Shown here: piece after piece, positions 26,716-35,800 of the stretch
Layout of the letters: each line of letters opens with the position of its first letter
How positions within the stretch are numbered: the stretch's first letter is position 1
Assembly: GCA_973895155.1 (NCBI GenBank)
Contig: OZ316893.1
Coordinates: 14,476,645-14,540,644 of the forward strand
Reading direction: 5' to 3'
From: Marsupella aquatica
Taxonomy: Eukaryota > Plantae > Marchantiophyta
DNA length: 64,000 nt
Made by a program: the position numbers and the translations under genes
Notes under the pieces: model-generated
Seen by the model: only the letters and a program-made list of their open reading frames with translations
What the model was told of the DNA's origin: nothing
Database searches by the model: none

Positions 26716-27396
26716 ATGGCACGCCCTAAAATCCGAGCCAAGAAGCGGGGGACAGAGGTGAGCAACACAGGTGTAGTTGGGCCAGATGGTAGTAACTTCT
26801 CCGCAAGTCAGATTTTCCAGAAGGCAGCTCATTGTTGTGCCATTTGTGACGATGGTGGTGGCTTAGCCATATGTGAGGGCCCTTGCATGAGGCATTTCCA
26901 CCTCAACCCGGAGTCTGACCTTGCTGCAGAAAACAACTGTCCAGGGGTGGGCCTCCCGTCAACACACCAGGGAGGCTGGATGTGCACTGATTGTTTGGAG
27001 AAGCAGGCTAAGTGTGCACAGTGTGGGAAGTTGGGGTCTTATGAGGGCTCTGTTGATGCTCCACCACTTGTTAGGAAATGCCCTGACAGATATTGTGTGA
27101 GGTTCTTTTGTTTTTCATGTTTGTCCGATCTTGCCACAGCTTGCCCACTTCATAAGTGCAAGGCATGTGGTCAGCACGATGAAGATTTCTGGGTGGACAT
27201 AGTCCACTGTGTTAGGTGTCCCACCATGTGGCACTTTCATTGTTTGAAGGAGCGTCAAGCAGAAGGCTATGCTTGTGACAGACACATCTATGATCACTCT
27301 GCACATGGTGTTGATCGATGGATCTTCTATTGTCATCGCCATGCCATAGATCCTACTTTGCACACTCCCATGAGAGATCACATTTCTTGGCTTTGA
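26716..27396 (+). CDS. Stand-alone EDM2-type multi-PHD-finger protein, 226 aa
   Basis: CAICDDGG...CEGPCMRHFH, CxxCGKLGS, CPLHKCxxC, CxRCPxxWHxxCL and the terminal YCHRHAIDPTLHTPMRDHI closely follow the PHD cassette of plant EDM2. Basic NLS-like N-terminus. Intact and intronless. Confidence 0.88.
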   Translation: MARPKIRAKKRGTEVSNTGVVGPDGSNFSASQIFQKAAHCCAICDDGGGLAICEGPCMRHFHLNPESDLAAENNCPGVGLPSTHQGGWMCTDCLEKQAKCAQCGKLGSYEGSVDAPPLVRKCPDRYCVRFFCFSCLSDLATACPLHKCKACGQHDEDFWVDIVHCVRCPTMWHFHCLKERQAEGYACDRHIYDHSAHGVDRWIFYCHRHAIDPTLHTPMRDHISWL

Positions 27397-27994
27397 ACCT
27401 GAATAATGTACATGCATAGTGCACCTGATGTGGATACCTTGGAGATTGCAGACATTCCAATTTTGAGAAGAAGGACCTCTGTAGGAGAGGATGCTTAGGC
27501 AACAAGTACCCTAAGTTCATTACTTGTTCCTGGGTACATGCCTTCAAAAACTCCCCTTAAGCCTTCTAGGAACTTTTTTAACTCTGCAATCATTTTGATC
27601 ACGACTTACATGACACTGCTTAAATTAAATCAGGACTTCTCATTATGAGCATATAAGTTACAAGGCTATTTAATTTGCGAGAATTCCCTTAAAGTGTACC
27701 AACATTTTGTATTCTCATTGAATGTCTGCCCATTTACAACATCTGTATGTGGCATCACAAAACAATTGCACTTGTCACCTTCAATATTGTGAAGGCACAT
27801 ATTCAAACTATGAGGTGCATGCTTGCAGGTGTCTAGTACGTTTGTCCCAATATTTCTCCCGTTTGGAATCGGAGCAGAGACTCACCAGACGATTGGACTG
27901 GACCAAGTTATAAACGCAGCATTTTAAGGGCCCTCCGATTATCAGGTGAACGCATTATCTTCCGGTCTGCAGTGATTAGGTGGCCCGTGTGTAC

Positions 27995-28843
27995 ATGGCC
28001 TCTAGGAAACGTACAAAGGTTGACCACCCGCCTCTGTTGGCTGGAATCAAAGCCATTTTGATTCCTGGCCACTATGGGTTCACCCAAGTGAGTTGGCCAA
28101 TCGTACAAAAACGATTCTCAGAGTTCCATGGGACTGAAGTCAAGGACATCACTCCACAGACTACACATGTTGTTGCGGGGACATGGCTGGATGTGATGAA
28201 CAAGTGGTCATGGTCCTTCATTGATTCTGCCATTACCAACCAAGGTCTAAAAGTAGTTGAAGTCTCTTGGCTGACCAATTCTGTTAAACATAGGTGTGTA
28301 CAGAGTACTGAGCAATATGAGTTGTGGGAGAGTGAGGAGGCCACTGCAGAGGCTTTGGCTGAAAAGGAAGCCTATGAAGTAGCGGCAGAGAAACCCAACT
28401 TTGCTTCTGTCCAATATGGACCTGTTGTCAACATAGGACACCATCCTATGCGTGCAGATGCTATATTGAATGAGCATGGCAAGGAGAGAAATACCATTAT
28501 GAAGGGGTTCAGTGTGGTATTTGCAGAAGAAGGAATTGGGGAGACTAAGTGCAGACTGTACAAGTCTATAGTTGTTGAGCTAGGTGGGACAGTGGAGGAG
28601 AGTCTAACAGAAACCTCCACTCATGTTGTAGGTCTGTCATACATGAAAATATGCAGAAAATTCTTTAAGACAACAGTGCGTGATTTTGTCATGAACAACA
28701 ATCTTTGGGTGCTTTCCCCTGATTGGCTTCTGGAATCAGCAACTAGAGGGAAGCGACAGAATGCTTGGGACTTTGATATTTTTGAGGCCTGGCCCTCCAA
28801 GATTCAGCGGAGATGTATGCTTAGCAAAGGTGGGAGAGAGTGA
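27995..28843 (+). CDS. Tandem BRCT-domain protein, about 282 aa
   Basis: Two repeats with THVV and W-L-x-x-S hallmarks (TTHVVAG...VEVSWLTNSV; STHVVG...LSPDWLLESA). Basic N-terminus RKRTK. Intact ORF. Confidence 0.85.
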   Translation: MASRKRTKVDHPPLLAGIKAILIPGHYGFTQVSWPIVQKRFSEFHGTEVKDITPQTTHVVAGTWLDVMNKWSWSFIDSAITNQGLKVVEVSWLTNSVKHRCVQSTEQYELWESEEATAEALAEKEAYEVAAEKPNFASVQYGPVVNIGHHPMRADAILNEHGKERNTIMKGFSVVFAEEGIGETKCRLYKSIVVELGGTVEESLTETSTHVVGLSYMKICRKFFKTTVRDFVMNNNLWVLSPDWLLESATRGKRQNAWDFDIFEAWPSKIQRRCMLSKGGRE

Positions 28844-29531
28844 GGAGTAGGAGTCCCTCATATTTTTGTATAAATCACAATTTTGTAATAAATGTGATCC
28901 TTGAACTAACTCATCTTGTCATGGTTGGTCGCAGTTGAAGTGATTGTTGTTTCCTGCTGCGTGGGGTGTGACTGTGAATCTACTTGCTGGGCTCTGTTTG
29001 GCTGAAGACTTTGGTGGGTATGCTGCCTCTTCCAGACCGTCAGGCCCTATGTAGGGTCCTCCTACGGGTTGCATCGTGCATGGCTACTGCTTGGGCTTAC
29101 TTGTGTGGATTGGTAACCAGACAGAGTGTAGCTCCATCCGAGATAATGCCTACAGACCTTGGATGTGTTGTGAATGCTGTGGTGAATGAGGATGCACAGT
29201 CGGAAGAGGACATTTACTTTTCAGCAGATGAGTTAGACAAGCACGATGCTGTAGGTGGTTCCTTGTTGCCTGATTTGGCAGATGATATAGTTCTTACACA
29301 TGTCTGGCCGAGGGTTCTTGTGGTGTCTGGCGCACAAGATATCTGAAAATATAGACTAATTAGTACCCAGTGGAGGGACTTGGTAGCAACATGTGCACCA
29401 TGGAGGGCACTGCTGCCACTGCTTGTAGGCACGGATCGAAGACCACCATGGCATGAGCAGGGTTTAGACCTTGATGACTTAATGTACATGCCTGAGTACC
29501 TCAGGGCTGAGTGGCATCGACAACAGGATTG

Positions 29532-32500
29532 TGTGGGATGGCTCAGTGTCAGCTAGTGTAGAGAAACATGACATTCTTTCGTTTAGAAGAGGAAATAGTT
29601 AGGGAAAAAGTTTTAGTGCTATCAGAGTAGCTAGGTTTAGGGCACTTAAGTAAGAAGGGAAGCTTAGTAGAGGTAAGAGGGAATTTAGTTATGCAAAGTT
29701 ATCTAGGGGTAAGCAAGTTACTATAGGAGGGGCAGGAAACTAGTCCGTCCTTAGTTATAATAGGCGACTAAGTCGGGACCGAAAAATGACCCGACACCGG
29801 ACATCTTATTTTTGGCTGATATTTCTCCCATGGGTGCTGGGAGGTCCCTAGGGAACCCTGAAAAAGTATGAAGTCAAGTGGGGTCTTAACCTAGGAGTTA
29901 TAAGTATTTTGGCAAAAATCAAAGTTACCAAATAGCGGGTCCCGGGAAAAATAGCTGATGGGTAAATGTAGGGGTTCCAAGTTTGGAAGTGGGTTAAGTA
30001 TGGTCCCCTCTATCCCTAGAAACTTGTGGGACAACTTTGTCACACTTGGTTACTTTTTGGGAGCATCTCAAAGTTGAGAAGAATTTTGGAAGACATAAAG
30101 ACTTGACCCTCTTTGCCTAATTTTAGAAAAGTTGTTATAGGGTTTTGTTTATATCTTAGTAAACCCGGACATAGTCCTATGTCCATAGAATCAGTGGAGC
30201 TACTCAGAAGTCCTTTTGGACTTATGTGTGAGTTTTGGAGGGGGGTCCAAAATCGCCCCAAAATGCTGTTTTTCCAAAAAAAAATGTATTTTTTTCTAAG
30301 TGTAAACCGCGTGGGCGACGATCACGCGGCGAGCACGAGGCAAGGAGGAGCGAGCACGAGGCAAGGAGGAGCAAGCACGAGGCTGGTGAGGACGTCAAGC
30401 ACCGGGAGGCTGTCCAAAGGTGCTGCATGATTACTTGAGGAATCAATTGAGCACAAGGGCGGCTGAATTGAAGGAAGGGCGGCTGAATTGAAATGGCTGC
30501 TGCTGATTGAAGAAGCTATGGCTGCTGAGAAGGAAAAGAGCTATGGCTGCAAATTAGGATCGCTGCTGGCTTTGAATTGGGAAGGCTGCTTGCTGCTATG
30601 ACAGCTGCACACTAGATTAGAGGTGCTCCTACTAATCAGGCACGAGATGCTCATGAGAATTGGCTGGCTGCTGCCTTGATGCTGCTGAATTGAATGATGC
30701 TGCTGCTAGCTGCGAAATTGCAAAGGTGGGCAGCTACGAAATTGAGAAGAGAGACCTGCTTGACTGAGAAGGAATCAAGCTATGGTTGCTGCTGCTGTGC
30801 TTCAAATCTGCTGTTGTTGTGCTGTAAATGCGCTGATGTGACTGTGCTGCTAGCTGCGAAATTGACTGTGTTGCTAGCGGCAAAATTGAAGAGGTGGGCT
30901 AGCTGCGAAATTGACTAGTCTGGCTGTGAGCTATGGTGGCTGTGAAATTGAGGGGCTGGCGGCTGATCAGCTGGACTGCTGCACAAGAAAGAATCCAATA
31001 GAGAATGCTGTGGTTTTAGATTGAATTCACGAGAGAGAAATGGCTGCAAACATTGCTGTCCTTACAATTTCTTCATAAGAAACATGAGTATAATGAGAGT
31101 GCTCTCCCCTCATGACACGTGGAATCCCCATAAGGGGCATGTAAGGTAAGTGTAATCGGGCCGCCGCTTACACCCGCTTTACACCAAAAACAGGCCTTGG
31201 GAGAATGGGCATAACTTTGGCTAGAGGTATCCGTTGGGGCCCAAATTTTTTTGTGCTGAGTTAGGGGAAGATAAGGCACCCCCTGGTGAAGGTGGAACCC
31301 CAGAAAAGTAATCACTCAAATATATTTTTAACCGAGGCCACGAGGGAGTCCCGACAACTTGCAAACCAAAGTCGGCATAGGGGAATGAATACCAGATTTA
31401 GGGGCTGACCTTTCTTGCACCCATACCACTTGAGTTAGGCTCTAGAGAAGGGTACTTACCTTTGGCCAAAGGTGTAAGGCCATCAAGTTAAGAAAAGTAA
31501 ATATAGGGGGTAGTTTACTTAGGGTAGTAAAGGGGTTACAAGTAAAATAAGGCCAACTTTGACTAGGCACAACTTGAGACTCACTCACTCTTTTTGCGAG
31601 CTTTCAAGTGGGTTGGTAAGCTGGTGAGGAGGACCATAAGTGGGAGTAGGTTTGGAAGTCAAAGCATACCACTCATGTGTGGCATATTCCAGGGCTTGGA
31701 AGGAGGCAAAATAGCAAGTAGTAGGGTGGGCTATGAACTATAGAGTTGGACTTTGTGTGTTAGGAGGACTTGGGGGAGGTATAGTTGGACCCCAGGTCAA
31801 GCTTGGTGTGATGTGGAAGGAGATAGTATATAAGGAGGAAGTTTTCATTTGTTAGGGACCGGGAGTCTCATCTCTTAAGTGAAATCTCTACCTTGCCAAG
31901 GTAGGGCTAAGCTTGAGAAAGGAGAGGTGGTCCATGCTTAGTGTGGAGAATGTGTAGTGAACTTTTGTTGTAAAGGTGATGCAATAAAAGGAGACTTACC
32001 AATCTTCATTGTGACCATTAAGTGTGAGTGCATTTGAAGTATATGAGAGCAAGAGAAGAGTCCATGCTATGGTATAATCTTGGTCTAAGCTTGAAGGGGA
32101 TGTGCTAGTACAAAACCAAGGCCAAGGAGGCAAGGTTAAGGTATAGCATTACTTTGAGACTTAGAGAGGATTATAGCTTGAGGGTGGAAAGTACTTTGCT
32201 TGGTGTGTGGTGTTAACAAGAAGTAAGAACAAGAGGAAGAGTCCTTAGATAGAGGAGCCTTCTCTAGGGCTCAAAGGGGATGTGTGGACCCAAACCAAGG
32301 CCAGGGGGGCAAGGTTGAGGGGTAACACTACTTTGAGGGTCTTGAGGAGACTTAAGCTTGAAGAGGAAAGTACTTTGGGTTCTTGGGTGTTTGTGTGAGA
32401 ATCTACTCTAAGGTGACAGCTTGGAGCGGAGATCCCCCTTGCTGATCCTTGGAGTAGAGGAGAGGGGAAGGGGTGAGTACAAAAGTAGTCAAGGGGACTA

Positions 32501-32668
32501 CCTCTCTAGAAGTGGAGAGTTGAAACTACTTATGTATGGAGTGATTGGACATTGTAAGCACACTTCAGAAGTTTTGTCAATCCTTTGTGACCTGGTATGA
32601 CATGGAGCAGGTATTAGGTAGTCTTTTGGGGAGAAAAGCCGCTTAAGCTCCTTGGCAAGTGTTTGACA
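29532..32668 (+). repeat. 5' LTR, 3137 bp
   Basis: TGTGGGATGG...GTTTGACA, repeated at offset 9294. Contains short internal repeats (gagcacgaggcaaggag x3 near 30330) and a diverged duplication at about 32084-32198 and 32263-32377. Confidence 0.97.
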
Positions 32669-32688
32669 TAGAGTCCCACCCTTGTTTT

Positions 32689-32706
32689 TGGCGCCGCTGC
32701 CGGGGA
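32689..32706 (+). promoter_or_regulatory. Primer-binding site, tRNA-Asp type
   Basis: TGGCGCCGCTGCCGGGGA, one mismatch from the Athila-type TGGCGCCGTTGCCGGGGA. Located 20 nt downstream of the LTR end. Confidence 0.85.
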
Positions 32707-32812
32707 CAACTCTTTACAGTTTTTGTTGGAGTGGAGCCACAAGACTTGGAGGTGTGTTTGCAGGTTTGCTGTTCAAGAGAAGAAGGGAGATAAGAAGGTG
32801 ATTGTGAGTGGC

Positions 32813-35800
32813 ATGCCCACTACAAGGAGTCAAGCACTAAAAGAAGCCTCTCTTAGTTTCAACTTTGGTGACCAGTTGGAGCAACCAGATTGGGTGGACA
32901 TTCATTTGCAAGCTGAAGCGGAACCTGGTGTAGGGTGGAGTGATACATCTTCTTCCACTACCAACACAAGTGAAGATCAAGAAGCAGCCATGGTGGTGAC
33001 TCAAAGAGCAAGATTTCAGTACAAGACATTCCATGGCAAGCCCAAGGAGGATCCTGATGCTTGGTTGGAGGACTTCATTGGGACAGCCCAAGCCAATGGA
33101 GAGTTTGATATTAAGTTGACCACTTTGGCGGGGGTCTTGAGAGGAGAAGCAAGACCTTGGTTCAATAGCCTATCAAATGCCATCAAGAATGATTGGGATG
33201 CCTTCAAGCTAGCATTCTTGCAGGAGTTTAGGAAGGTGGGAGAAGAATCGGAAGCTCTGATCAAGATGGGAGAGATCAGAATGGGATCCAAGGAGTCAGT
33301 AAGGAGGTTTCTGCAAAGGTTTCAAAGGTTAGCTACCAAGCTTGACCCCAGACCAGTAGACTCCATGTTGTTGGCTTGGTTTGTGGCAAGCCTACCCAGG
33401 AAGATGGGTGTCTCAGTAAGGCAATCTCACCCTAATACGTTGGATGAGGCCATTGAGGCGGCTCAGTCTTATAGGAGTGCTGAGATCTCTAGTTCCAAGA
33501 GTAGGAGAAAGAAGAAGCGATTTGCTTATAGTGATTCTTCTTCTAGCTCAAGTGAATCAAGTAGTTCAGTTGAGGATACTTCTGAGTCGGAATCTGAGGA
33601 GAGTAGTTCCAGTTCTGATTCAGAATCTGATTCTGAGGAGGACTCCGAGAAGAAGAAGAAGAAGAAGAAGGCAAAGAGAAAAAGCGACCAGAAGAGGAGA
33701 GCCAGCAAGAAGAAGCCAGGTGGTAAGCACCACAAATCTGCAACCTTCAACTTGGTGGAAGGTTCTACACCAGCAACCAAGGAGAAGAAGGTGATGGATA
33801 ACAAGATGAGTGAGATCACCAACCAACTCAAGGCCCTATCAGTTCACTTTGCTGGTGTGCAACCTGATAGGAGAAAAGTGCCGGTGAATAGAGCCCATGT
33901 ATGGTGTGTCAAGTGCAAGAGTTTTGGCCATACACCTCAAGAGTGTCAAGGTTGGAGGAATCAAGTTCAGTATGTCAATGAAGAGTCCAACGATGTTTAT
34001 CAAGCAAGTGAAGTGGTGGACTACTTCTATGAAGAAGCCCCGGAGATGGTGTACCAGATTTCAGGAGGCCCAAGAACTTTGCAAGGAAGACCAGCTCCAC
34101 CCATGGCACCTCAACTGATGCCTGGTCTTCAACCAAGGATGGTGGATCAAATGGGACCTCAAGGACCTGGGGGAGTGGCAAGAACTACCGTGGTGATCTG
34201 CTGGAACTGTCAAAAACCAGGGCACTATTCCAACAGTTGCCCCGAACCAAGGAGGCAGGGACAAGGAGCTCCCTATCCTCTTTGTGCTGTGTGCAAAAGG
34301 GAGGGTCATACCACAGCCAACTGTCCTATTGGATCTGCTGCCAAGATGATGATAGGAAGGATAGAAGCACCACCACCAGCGGTTGCCAAGGCTCCCGGTG
34401 AAGCCACAGTGAACTTCTTGAGTATGGAGTGGCAAGAGGAGGCCAAAGATGGAGTGACACAAGTTGCTGGTGGGGAGAACCAGCCAGATCTACCAGGAAT
34501 GGAGACACCTGAGGAGGAAGCTGTGTGTTACAAGGTGTCTACCAGGTCCACAAGAAAGAAGGAAAGAGTGGAAGAGAGGAAGAAGAGGAAGGAGAGAAAG
34601 GAGCACTCAACGGAGTCACCAATCGAAGTTGAAGTTGGAGCAGAAGTTCAAGTCCCACCAGCTGAAGATAGTGACTACAAGAGAGACCATCCGAAGCTCT
34701 TCTATCCCAAGGTGAATGAGGAAGTCAAGAGGCAACTAGAGGAGATGGAGGCTAAGGAGCATCAAGAGGCCATCAACAAAGACCTGAAGGTTGCTAAAGC
34801 TTTGAAGGAAAAAGCTGAGGTGGAAGAGAAGAAAGAGACCAGCAAGGTACCCTCTTATGACATCAAGAAGGATGTGAAAGATTGTTTGGTTACTGCTACA
34901 GTGGGGCAGCTGATCAAAGACAACCCTTTGTATAGGAGGCAACTGAAGGAGATGTTGGTAGGAAGGAGAAGAAGGAAGCTTCCAAAGGTTGGTACCCCAG
35001 CTGATGTGATGATGGTTTGTGAAGACCTTGGAGCACCTGAGATTGATGTTCAAGTAAATGGGTGTGTACTCTCGTATGTACCAGTTGATGGAGGCTCAGG
35101 TGTGAATATCATGATTGAGGCTACTGCCCAACAACTAGGTTTCAAGAAACTTCAGCCAACAGCAAGGACAATGAGGCTAGCAAATGGAGCAAGAGTGCTA
35201 CCGGTGGGGACTCTTACTCAAGTACCTACTCTCATTGGGGGGCAGGAGTTCTTGTTGAATTACTTGGTGATGAGACCAGCAAGGCCATCTACTTACCCAA
35301 TCTTGATTGGGAGGCCTTGGCTATATGGAGCCAAAGTAGTGTCTGATTGGGGCAAGAAGGAGTTTAGGTTTGGCAAACCAGCCACTTCAGTTTCATGGGG
35401 TCATGACAAGCATCAAGGAGAGACTACTGATGAGTTGGATGAATATGATTCTGAACTTTCCGATGAGTTGAGTACCAAATCTGAATCTGATGAGGATGAG
35501 GTATACATGTTGAACATGGTGAGCCAATGGACTGAAGAAGAAGTGTTTGGAGAGGAGCAAGAGCAGGAGGCTCTTACCAGCCATTCACCTCTGCCCAGTC
35601 TCAGTGAAGTGACCAGTCTCGAGGAGGTGAAGCAGGCTGAGACCTCGGCCAAGGAGAGCAACCAAGAAGACACTATCACAATGGCTCAGGAGGTTGATCA
35701 GACCAGCAAGGGTGCTGCCCAAGTTGAGATCAAGACAAGGAGTAATGACCAGAGTTTAAAGGCTAAGCACTTAGCCTTGTTAAAGCTCAAGATAAAGGAG

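Noticed and set aside
30040-31315. Short ORFs duplicated at 39334-40609
   Set aside because: They are incidental frames within the two LTRs, built from low-complexity repeats.
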